Source: Nitrospirota bacterium | Lineage (GTDB): Bacteria; Nitrospirota; UBA9217 | Length of the DNA: 64,000 bases | Direction of reading: 5' to 3' | Assembly: GCA_035623825.1 (NCBI GenBank) | Contig: DASPSR010000042.1 | Span: 11,669 to 75,668, forward strand | Shown: positions 1 to 8,198 of the stretch, one piece after another | How the letters are laid out: each line of letters begins with the position of its first letter | How positions within the stretch are numbered: the first letter of the stretch is position 1 | Notes under the pieces: model-generated | Told to the model about the DNA's origin: nothing | Databases searched by the model: none | Seen by the model: only the letters and a program-made list of their open reading frames with translations | Program-made: the position numbers and the translations under genes

Positions 1-396
1 GCGTGCGATCGTCTTCATGATCTTGTACATCATGTTCTTATCGCTGTGCTCAAATGCCTTGAAATCTTCCGTCGTGAGACGATAGACTTCGGTGGCATCG
101 ATTGCTGTTGCATCCGCGCCGTGGGTCTTTTTGTCCTCAATGACTGACAGCTCACCGAAGATCTGATTCTCCGACAGGATGGCCAGCGTCTGCTTCCAGC
201 CATCGGGAGTGGTCTTTGAAATTTCCACCCTCCCCTTCTTGAGGAGGTAGATGCCCTTGGTGGACTCGCCTTCTTTAAAGATCGGCTTTCCTTTGATATA
301 GCTTTCGACGGAGATCTTATTTGCGATCATACCGAGCTCGGCGTCGGTCAAGTCGCTGAAAAGAATCTGCTTCTTGAGTTCAGATTTGTCGGCCAT
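1..396 (-). CDS. cyclic-nucleotide-binding (cNMP/Crp-type effector) domain protein; 3' end runs off the window
   Basis: Absent from the ORF track because no stop lies in the window. Minus-strand ATG at 394-396 is preceded by GAGGAGGA (rc of 401-408). My hand translation is MADKSELKKQILFSDLTDAELGMIANKISVESYIKGKPIFKEGESTKGIYLLKKGRVEISKTTPDGWKQTLAILSENQIFGELSVIEDKKTHGADATAIDATEVYRL. It shows the FxEGE...GxxYxxxxGxV...FGEL pattern of cNMP-binding beta-barrels. Confidence 0.7.
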   Translation of the reverse strand, partial: MADKSELKKQILFSDLTDAELGMIANKISVESYIKGKPIFKEGESTKGIYLLKKGRVEISKTTPDGWKQTLAILSENQIFGELSVIEDKKTHGADATAIDATEVYRLTTEDFKAFEHSDKNMMYKIMKTIAR

Positions 397-448
397 CGTT
401 TCCTCCTCTTCGGGAATCTCAAAACATAACCCTACCGTTTCACAGAAG

Positions 449-530
449 TCAGAGAACGCAGAGAGAAAGCCAATTTAAATTCCTAGCTCCGAGCTTCCTG
501 TGTGCTCTGCGGTTACCAGTTCCAAGAGAA
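449..530. repeat. intergenic imperfect-palindrome element, copy 1 (after the fdhA stop)
   Basis: CGCAGAG (457-463) pairs with CTCTGCG (505-511). CAGAGAACGCAGAG (450-463) is the exact reverse complement of 19542-19555. The tail CTTCCT...CTCTGCG...AAGAGAA (494-530) parallels 19538-19569. Confidence 0.45.
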
Positions 531-3203
531 TCATGCCTTTTCTATCCGTACCGCTGAGACCTTAAGCGATGGGATCTTTGCCACGGGGTCGAGCGAGCTG
601 TTGCTCGTGAGCGCATTGGCTGCCGCTTCCTTAAAATGAAAGGGGATGAACACCACGCCCTTCGCCGGTCGCTTCGTCACGACCGCCTTTACCGTGATGG
701 AGCCTCTGCGCGAGATCACTTTCACCTTCGCGCCGCTCTCGATCGCAATAGCCTGGGCATCTTCAGGGTTGATCTCGATATACGATTCCGGAGATATTTT
801 GTCGATCGGCTTCACCCTCCGCGTCATACTGCCGGTATGGTACTGGAACAGCTGCCTGCCGGTAGTGAGGATGTAGGGATATTCCTTATCTGTTTGCTCA
901 GCAGACGGTTTGTACATGACAGGGGTGAACTTACCCTTGCCGCGCGGGAACCCGCCCTTGAACAAGAACGGTGTGCCCGGGTGATCCGGCGTAGGGCATG
1001 GCCACTGGAGACCGCCGTCTTCAAGCCTGGCGTAGCTTATGCCGGCGAGTGCAGGCCAGACCTGCCCCATCTCGCGAAATATCTCGACAGTATGCGTATA
1101 GGACATCTCATAGCCCATCTTCTTGGAAAGCTCCATGATGATGAGCGAATCCTTCATGGCAGCTCCTGGAGAGTTCACTGCCCTTCTGACCCTCTGCACA
1201 CGCCGCTCGGTATTCGTGAACGTCCCGACCTTCTCGGCAAATGATGAACCCGGCAGGACCACATGCGCAAGCTCGGCCGTCTCTGTCATAAAGATATCCT
1301 GGACCACGAGTAAGTCGAGAGCCTTGAGCGCCTTAATCGTATGTGCCATGTTGGGGTCGGAAAGAACCGGATTCTCACCCATTATGTACATGGCCTTGAG
1401 CTTCCCCTTCTCAGCTGCCGCAAGCATCTCTGGAGCGGTTAGTCCCTCTTTGTCCGAAAGCTTTGCGTTCCAGAGCGCCTCGAACTTTTGCTTTATCGCC
1501 GGTATGTTTACCCGCTGATATCCGGGATACATGTTCGGGATGCAACCCATGTCCGTGGAGCCCTGGACGTTGTTCTGTCCACGCAAAGGGTTAACGCCGG
1601 CGCTCTCCTTGCCGAGGTTCCCGGTCATCAACGCAAGGTTAGCAATGGCAAAGACGTTCTCTGTGCCGTGGGCATGCTGAGTAATTCCCATCGTATAGTA
1701 AATGCCGGCCTTCTCCGATCCGGCGTAGAGGCGCGCCGCACGCACGATCGTTTCGGTGGGAACACCCGTGATTTTCGATGCGGCTTCGGGTGCGTACTCC
1801 TCGAGGTTTTTCTTGAACTCATCGTCAAAGCCCTCGGTCATGGACGAGACGAATTCTTCTTTGACGAGACCCTCTTTCACGATCACGTGCATCATTCCGT
1901 TCAGGAGCGCCACGTCCGTGCCTGGCTTATGCTGCATCCAAATGTCGGCGAACCTGACGAGCGGAACACGTCTCGGATCGGCGATGATGAGCTTCGCCCC
2001 TTTCCGCTTGGCCTTGATCATCCTGAGCGCGATGATTGGATGGTTCTCCTTTGTGTTCGAGCCGATGATAAACAGCAAATCGTTGTTCTCGATCTCCTGG
2101 ATCGAGTTCGTCATCGCCCCGGAACCAAACACTGTGGCCAGACCGGCCACCGTCGCGCTGTGTCAGAGGCGGGCGCAGTGATCTACATTGTTCGTGCCGA
2201 TTGCGGCACGGATGAATTTTTGGAAGAGATAGTTCTCCTCGTTGGTGCACCGGGCAGAGGACAGGCCGCTGATGGCATCAGGGCCATGCTTCTGCCTGAT
2301 GGCGCTGAACCGCTCGGTTATATATCCGAACGCCTCATCCCAGGATGCCTCGATAAACTTTCCGCCTTTCTTGATGAGAGGTGTCTTAAGCCGGTCCGGA
2401 CTGTTGATGAAATTATATCCGAACCGCCCCTTGACGCAGAGCCAGCCCTCGTTGATCGTATCCGGTCGAGAGGTGACTCGCACCACTTCGTTCCTGCTCA
2501 CGTGCAAGGTAAGGTTGCACCCGCACCCGCAATAGGGGCAGACGGTCTCGACTGCCTTGACGTCCTTTTGTCTGCCCTTGCCGAGCGACTGCTTGCTTAT
2601 GAGCGCTCCAGTAGGGCAGACGCTGACGCACTGGCCGCAAAACTCGCAGTCGAGATCTTTTTCGAAGGGCGGCGACACTTTAGCGCTGAATCCCCTCCCT
2701 GCGATATCGATTGCACCGAGCCCCTGAACCTCGTCGCACACGCGTACGCACTTGCCGCAGAGGATACACTTCTCCATGTCACGCTCGATGAAGGGGTTCA
2801 TGTCCTTCTTGGTGTACTGCCGTCGCTCTCCGTAGAAGCGGTTCGACCGGAGGTCGTAGAAGTAGGCCAGTTCCTGAAGCGTGCAATCGCCCGCACGCTC
2901 GCAGACCATGCAGTCGTTCGGATGGTCGGAGAGGAGGAGTTCAACAATGGTGCGGCGCTGGCGTTCTACCTGATCGCTCGATGTCTCCACATCCATTCCC
3001 TCAGAGACCGGCGTTGTGCACGCAGTCACCGGCCTGGGCATGCCTTTCACCTGGACCAGGCAGAGCCTGCACCCGCCGTACGGCTCGAGCCGCGCATCGT
3101 CGCAGAGCGTGGGGATATGTATGTCATTACGCCGTGCTGCATCGAGGACGGTTGTTTCATTTGGTACGGATATCCGTTTGCCGTTTATTGTCAGATTAAT
3201 CAT
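531..3203 (-). CDS. fdhA: formate dehydrogenase catalytic subunit, selenocysteine-containing, with a fused NuoG-like N-terminus ([2Fe-2S] plus several [4Fe-4S]); 890 aa with UGA=Sec
   Basis: Track ORFs 2163..3203 and 531..2150 are in the same frame. They are separated only by TGA (2163-2165) plus 4 codons. Reading through gives [30 protein letters not shown], the conserved Sec/Cys active-site block of molybdopterin formate dehydrogenases. N-terminal cysteine clusters include CxxxxCxxC...C and CILCGKCVRVC and CEFCGQCVSVCP. The C-terminus is a molybdopterin dinucleotide-binding domain. Confidence 0.9.
2125..2165 (-). promoter_or_regulatory. UGA recoding site plus bacterial SECIS hairpin
   Basis: The minus-strand RNA reads UGA CAC AGC GCG ACG GUG GCC GGU CUG GCC ACA. 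GUGGCC (2145-2150) pairs perfectly with GGCCAC (2134-2139) around the loop GGUCU. The hairpin starts 12 nt after the UGA. Its spacing and GGUCU apical loop resemble the E. coli fdhF SECIS. Confidence 0.8.
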
Positions 3204-3206
3204 ATG

Positions 3207-4985
3207 CTACCCTTTTTTTATCGCTTTGAACTTGCAGGTCTCGAAGCAGGCGCCGCACTTGATGCAGATGTCTTGGATGATCTTGTGCGGTTTTTTCTTC
3301 TCGCCGACAATAGCGCCAGCGGGGCAGACGCGCATGCAGGCAGTGCAACCCTTGCAGAACTCATCGAGGATGCTGTACGACAAGAGGTCTTTGCACACGC
3401 CCGCGGGACAGCGTTTCTCGTAGATATGCGCTTCATACTCATCACGGTAATACTTGATCGTGCTCAAAATAGGATTTGGCGCTGTCTGACCAAGGCCGCA
3501 GAGCGATGATGTTTTGACATCGCTGCTCAAGGTTTCGAGCAGGTCGATGTCCCCTTCCCTCCCTCGGCCTTCAGTGATGCGGGTCAGGATCTCGAGAAGG
3601 CGCTTGGTCCCGACCCTGCATGGCACGCATTTGCCGCAGGATTCGGATTTGGTGAACTCGAGAAAATACTTGGCAACGTTCACCATGCAGTCGGTCTCGT
3701 CGAGGACCACCATTCCGCCTGAGCCCATGATGGAGCCAACCTTGCCGAGCGATTCGTAATCAACCGGTGTGTCGACGATGCTCGCGGGGATACAGCCGCC
3801 GGACGGACCTCCGGTCTGGACCGCCTTAAGCCTCCTCCCGCCCTCGATTCCGCCGCCGATATCGTAAATGATCTCTTTAAGCGGGATTCCCATGGGCACT
3901 TCGATCAAGCCTGAATTCAGGATCTTGCCGGTAAGCGCAAAGACCTTGGTCCCCTTACTTTTCTCCGTGCCCATGCTTGCATACCACGCAGCGCCCTTCG
4001 TCATGATGTACGGCACGTTTGCGAGCGTCTCGACATTATTGATGATCGTGGGTTTGCCCCAGAGGCCTTTCTGGACCGGGAACGGCGGCTTGGCGCGCGG
4101 CTGTCCGCGCTTGCCTTCGATTGAGGCGATGAGCGCCGTCTCTTCCCCGCAAACGAATGCGCCTGCGCCAAGCTTGACCTTAATGTTGAAATCAAATCCT
4201 TTGCCGAGTATGTTCTTGCCGAGTAAACCTCGCTCCTTCGCCTGCCTGAGGGCGAGATGGAGCCGGTCAACCGCTAGCGGATACTCTGCCCTAATGTAAA
4301 CGTATCCATAGGGTGCACCGATCGCATAAGCACCGATGATCATGCCCTCGATCACGGCATGTGGGTTTCCTTCTACCACCGAACGGTCCATGAACGCGCC
4401 AGGATCTCCCTCGTCGGCGTTGCAGATGAGGTACTTGACGGGGCCAGGGGCCTTGATCGCCATATCCCATTTCACTCCAGTTGGGAAGCCGGCGCCTCCG
4501 CGGCCGCGAAGGCCCGATGCCTTGATGACCTCTATCGTCTCTTGGGGGGTCATGGTCGTGAGGACCTTCTTCGTCGCCTCGTATCCTCCACGGCTGATGT
4601 AGGAATCGATGTCTTCGGGGTCCACCTCGCCGCAGTCTGAGAGCACCACCTTGACCTGTTTGTCGTGAAAGGTGTGGTAATCGTCTTTCACGAGCCAGTC
4701 GCTCACGGGCGCGCCTTCTAAAATGTGCTCGGTCACGATCCGCTCGACCATGTCAGGTTTGATGTACTGATACGTTGATTTGTCTCCATTGATGATCACA
4801 TCGACGAGAACGTCGCGAGCGCAGAAGCCGCGACAGCCGACCTTATGCACCGAGCAATTTTTCTCTACCGACGCCTTAATACCGGCGGCCGCAAGCGTCT
4901 TCTCGAAGGAGGACATCACCTGCACGCCTCCGGCGGCGATTCCCCCCGTGCCCATGCACACTTTAATCGAGATATCTTTATTCAT
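3207..4985 (-). CDS. NuoF/HydB-like NAD(P)H-binding flavoprotein subunit (N-terminal thioredoxin-like [2Fe-2S] domain, FMN/NADH core, C-terminal 2x[4Fe-4S])
   Basis: Motifs present are GRGGAGFPTGVKW (FMN), ICNADEGDPGAF (NADH), ESCGKCVPCR (N3 cluster), and C-terminal CKGCTACMRVCP plus CIKCGACFETC. I prefer the start at MNKDISIK (ATG 4983-4985) because GGAG lies 7 nt upstream. The track ORF extends to 5006. The stop lies 3 nt before the fdhA start. Confidence 0.88.
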   Translation of the reverse strand: MNKDISIKVCMGTGGIAAGGVQVMSSFEKTLAAAGIKASVEKNCSVHKVGCRGFCARDVLVDVIINGDKSTYQYIKPDMVERIVTEHILEGAPVSDWLVKDDYHTFHDKQVKVVLSDCGEVDPEDIDSYISRGGYEATKKVLTTMTPQETIEVIKASGLRGRGGAGFPTGVKWDMAIKAPGPVKYLICNADEGDPGAFMDRSVVEGNPHAVIEGMIIGAYAIGAPYGYVYIRAEYPLAVDRLHLALRQAKERGLLGKNILGKGFDFNIKVKLGAGAFVCGEETALIASIEGKRGQPRAKPPFPVQKGLWGKPTIINNVETLANVPYIMTKGAAWYASMGTEKSKGTKVFALTGKILNSGLIEVPMGIPLKEIIYDIGGGIEGGRRLKAVQTGGPSGGCIPASIVDTPVDYESLGKVGSIMGSGGMVVLDETDCMVNVAKYFLEFTKSESCGKCVPCRVGTKRLLEILTRITEGRGREGDIDLLETLSSDVKTSSLCGLGQTAPNPILSTIKYYRDEYEAHIYEKRCPAGVCKDLLSYSILDEFCKGCTACMRVCPAGAIVGEKKKPHKIIQDICIKCGACFETCKFKAIKKG

Positions 4986-5071
4986 GACTACTCCAGACGA
5001 AACCAAGCCCCACGCCCAGCATTTTCATATGACACCATACACCGCTCATGCCATGAATTCTCAGCTTTTCC

Positions 5072-5554
5072 TTAAATATAGTCAGTGTACTCCCGCTTCC
5101 CTTCCTTGAGTGTCTTGATCTCCTTCATGAGCTTGTCCGGCGTCATCTTGCCGTTGACGGTTTTATTAATGATGATGACCGGAGCTATGCTGCAAGCCCC
5201 CACGCAATTGACTTTTTCAACGGTAAACTTAAGGTCTTCTGAGGTATCGTCGCCCTGCGCGATACCGAGCTCTTTCACAAGACTGTTTATCAGCCGCTCT
5301 GAGCCCTTGACGTGGCAGGCGGTACCGCAGCATGCGGTGATTACGTTCTTGCCCCTGGGTCTGAGATGAAACTGGGCGTAAAACGTCGCAATACCGTAAA
5401 ACTTGGCTGGCGGAACATCGAGCCGTTCCGAGAACCAGTAGATCGCGTCCTCGCGGAGAAAACCGAATTCGTTCTCGATGTCCTGCAGGATTGAGATCAA
5501 GTTTCCTTCGTTTTCCTGGTACCGCGCAAGTATGCCTTCGAGTTTTTCTTCCAT
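5072..5554 (-). CDS. NuoE/HydC-like [2Fe-2S] thioredoxin-fold subunit
   Basis: The sequence MEEKLEGILARYQENEGNLISILQDIENEFGFL...CCGTACHVKG...CVGACSIAP is the NuoE pattern. The start is chosen at ATG 5552-5554, preceded by GAGGAAGGGA. The 81-aa N-terminal extension in the track ORF (to 5797) covers hairpin-rich non-coding sequence. Confidence 0.85.
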   Translation of the reverse strand: MEEKLEGILARYQENEGNLISILQDIENEFGFLREDAIYWFSERLDVPPAKFYGIATFYAQFHLRPRGKNVITACCGTACHVKGSERLINSLVKELGIAQGDDTSEDLKFTVEKVNCVGACSIAPVIIINKTVNGKMTPDKLMKEIKTLKEGKREYTDYI

Positions 5555-5571
5555 CGTCCCTTCCTCTTGAG

Positions 5572-5604
5572 ATAAAAAAGGCCGCCTAATTTTTCCCGGC
5601 AGCC
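5572..5604 (-). terminator. Rho-independent terminator/attenuator-like hairpin about 20 nt upstream of the nuoE-like start
   Basis: The minus strand reads GGCUGCC-gggaaaaauua-GGCGGCC, a 7 bp stem with one G-U pair, followed by UUUUUUAUC. Then come the RBS GAGGAAGGGA and the ATG. Confidence 0.5.
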
Positions 5605-5839
5605 CAGTCTTGAAAATGTCCCCGTCGTGAGTCTGGTGTGTGCCCGTTTGGCACGCTCTCGGCCGCGACAATTCAGCGGCATGTAGCTCTGCCGCCACTT
5701 TCAATTGCTTCCACACATTGGAAAAGACCGCTATTCCCCAGTGAAGAATACTGGTCTTTTCTTGATCGTGAGACCACTCATGGAGCCTGCCCCGCATTGC
5801 AAGGCTCAGGATGAACGAGAAATACCGTCTTCCAGCCTA

Positions 5840-8041
5840 TCAGAACATCGGGTCCATGGTGAGCGCCGGATGCCCCTTCTCGGTCAGGAAGGCCAGCAGT
5901 TTCTCGGAGTCCTCCGCCACGGATTCGTCCGCAATCTTGTCCAAGAGATCCGGGACGCCCTCTTCCTCGGCACGTTTCTTGAAGGCCTCGGCGAACGATT
6001 CCTTCAGGTTCTTGGTCATCCAGACGATGCGCTTGAACCCACCGTCAGCAGAGAGAAACTTCTTGCTCGTGAGGAAGAACCTGCCGATACCCATGAAGCC
6101 GGGCGTCTGAGCGCCGCCGCCCACAGTGCCTGCCAGGGTGGAGAACTTCATGCCGATGGGCGTCATGCCGGTATAGCCGCGGTTCACAACCATTACGCCA
6201 TTGGCCTCGGGCACGATGGCGACAATGCACTCAAAGCACCCGCAAGAGGTCATCGGTGCGTCCATGATGGTGTAGGCGTTGAAATACTCGAGTGCCTGGT
6301 GCGAGTTAGTGTATACGTATTCGTCCACGCCCTTCCATCTGCCCTTCAGTGCATCGAGGACTTCTCCCTTGGCGACGGGCTGGTTTGCGCCGTTGGGATC
6401 GATCTCGAATGCCGCCTTCGCATCAAGCCAGTTGTAGGCCCCACAGAGACCCAGACGTTCAGGTGACACCACGCACACGTGGTTCGGCGCAAAACTCTGG
6501 CAGAGAATGCAGGAGTAGAATATGTCCACGGACTCGTCCGTCATCGTAGCAAGGCGTACGTCGCGTTCGAGATATGCCTTCCGCGCTTCTTCAAGCTTTG
6601 CTTTTACATCGGAGTCATCAACGTAGAAGGTCACCTGAGCCTTATCGACGATGTTCGCAAACTTGTGCTTCATCTGCGTCGTCAGAATATCTCCAAAATG
6701 CTTGAGCACGAAACCTTCCTTCATGGCGTTGATGCTCACCCTGAGCCAGTTCTGATCGCGCTGTCCCATATGCCAGATGCCCTGCGCTTCATTGATAAAG
6801 TGGTGGATCTTGCGCTCGAGCACTGGCTCGAAGTCCTTTTGCATCTTGCGGCCCGCCACCTCGACCATGATTCCGAGCGGCATCTGGCCGCCCTTCTGAT
6901 ACCGACCGTCGGCATCGGTACCAACGATCATGACCTTGCCGTCCTCCACCTTGTCGAGATCGACAGTATGGAGCCATTCAAACGCGGGCGTACGCTGGCC
7001 GCCGAACTCAATGTGCATATCTTCTTTGCGGATACGCTCGCCTTCGAATGCCGGACCATAGGCAACGGGAATCGGCGGCTTTGAGACCGTGATCTTGAGG
7101 CCGCGCACCTCGATGCATTTCTCCACGAGCTTCTTGGGGTCGAGTTCCTTGGCCACTTCTTCATAGATAGTGACGCCCGTGGGATGGATGGTCGGTATAT
7201 CCGTGTTCGCGATAGCGGGGAAACCCATATTGATAGCGCCTGCTCCTGTGGTCCAGATGCGATCGTTCAAGGGACCTAGAACCATGGCGAAGGCGAACAC
7301 CTTGTCCTTGGAATATTTCAGGATCTTCCTGAAGTCCCCGCCCTTCATGCCGCCGAATGTGATTCCTGCGCGGGCCGCCCAGTCAAGCGCATAAATGGCG
7401 TGCTCGACCTCGGGTCCGAGCGGGACGAGGCGGGTGTCCCAGCCGAGTTGCACACCCTTCCGGAGGAGTTGCTTGGTCATGCTCTCGCCGTTCACGTTAC
7501 CGCACAGGAAAGTGAGGATATTTTTCTGCTGGAGGTCCCTGGCGATCTCAAAAGCCTGGTCATCACTATCAGCAGCGCCAATGATGCAGACGTAACCCGG
7601 CATGGATCCGTCCACGAGCTGAACTCCCAGGTTCCGGAGTATGGTATCAGATATGAATCCATTGTAGGTAAGTCCGATAGAGTCGTCCCTTACCGGTTCC
7701 TGCCCATAGATGTACCGGATCGCCATGATGATCTCCTGGGCGAAGAGGGCTGCCATGCCGGCGTCGAGCGCCTCGCCCAGATAGGGCTTGTACAGTTTGT
7801 CTTCCGGCGCATTCGTGAGGAGCGGCTTCACGTGCTGTTCAAGCGCTGTCTTCATGTCGCCTACGGTTCGCACCTCGTACCCCGTCATGGAAAAGATTTG
7901 GGGGAGGAAATATCCGGTATCCGGAAACTCGAACTTGAAGTCCGGGCCTTTCTCGGAGATGGCCTTCTCGACGAGGGCCTCCGCCTGCTTGACGTAGTAG
8001 TGGGAGCCCAGAATGGCCCCGGTTGCAATCACTTTTGACAT
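5840..8041 (-). CDS. acsB: acetyl-CoA synthase (CODH/ACS A-cluster subunit), bacterial full-length type
   Basis: The 733-aa protein is collinear with my memory of Moorella AcsB. Shared blocks include GPAFEGERIRKEDM, RKMQKDFEPVLERKIHHFIN, FYSCILCQSFAPNHVCVVSPERLGLCGA, MTSCGCFECI, and the C-terminal EKGHPALTMDPMF. Confidence 0.95.
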   Translation of the reverse strand: MSKVIATGAILGSHYYVKQAEALVEKAISEKGPDFKFEFPDTGYFLPQIFSMTGYEVRTVGDMKTALEQHVKPLLTNAPEDKLYKPYLGEALDAGMAALFAQEIIMAIRYIYGQEPVRDDSIGLTYNGFISDTILRNLGVQLVDGSMPGYVCIIGAADSDDQAFEIARDLQQKNILTFLCGNVNGESMTKQLLRKGVQLGWDTRLVPLGPEVEHAIYALDWAARAGITFGGMKGGDFRKILKYSKDKVFAFAMVLGPLNDRIWTTGAGAINMGFPAIANTDIPTIHPTGVTIYEEVAKELDPKKLVEKCIEVRGLKITVSKPPIPVAYGPAFEGERIRKEDMHIEFGGQRTPAFEWLHTVDLDKVEDGKVMIVGTDADGRYQKGGQMPLGIMVEVAGRKMQKDFEPVLERKIHHFINEAQGIWHMGQRDQNWLRVSINAMKEGFVLKHFGDILTTQMKHKFANIVDKAQVTFYVDDSDVKAKLEEARKAYLERDVRLATMTDESVDIFYSCILCQSFAPNHVCVVSPERLGLCGAYNWLDAKAAFEIDPNGANQPVAKGEVLDALKGRWKGVDEYVYTNSHQALEYFNAYTIMDAPMTSCGCFECIVAIVPEANGVMVVNRGYTGMTPIGMKFSTLAGTVGGGAQTPGFMGIGRFFLTSKKFLSADGGFKRIVWMTKNLKESFAEAFKKRAEEEGVPDLLDKIADESVAEDSEKLLAFLTEKGHPALTMDPMF

Positions 8042-8198
8042 CGCTAGCTCCTTTAATAAGTATCTTTACGCAGAGGCTGCAGGAAATCATGATGATCAGT
8101 GCTAAGGGAAATCCTGCAATCTCCCGTTCTGTGGTTTCTGCCCCCGATGCGGGCTTTATTTTTTCTCCGCGTCTTTTTTGGTAAATCTCCTCATTAAA

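Noticed and set aside
1488-3509. A 673-aa plus-strand ORF, and similar long plus-strand ORFs at 5705-6466, 17405-18814, 18036-19016, 42344-43187 and 52417-53847.
   Set aside because: All are antisense shadows of minus-strand genes with unmistakable family motifs (FdhA, AcsB, the GltD-like fusion, CheA, RNase J). Their translations are R/H/A/G/L-rich low-complexity sequence with no recognisable domains. High GC suppresses stop codons on the opposite strand.
5555-5797. An 81-aa N-terminal extension of the NuoE-like ORF in the track.
   Set aside because: The extension covers the hairpin/terminator region and has no NuoE homology. A strong RBS precedes the internal ATG at 5554.
5555-5839. The idea that the FDH leader is a molybdenum-cofactor (Moco) riboswitch.
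   Set aside because: I could not find the conserved Moco-motif segments I remember, such as a GCCUCC...GGAAAGG arrangement. It is left as an unspecified attenuator candidate pending a covariance-model scan.
8140-8164. A plus-strand terminator-like GCCC...GGGC followed by TTTATTTTTT in the acsC-acsB spacer.
   Set aside because: The stem is only 4 bp. It is oriented against every gene in the region. On the coding (minus) strand it has no U-tract.
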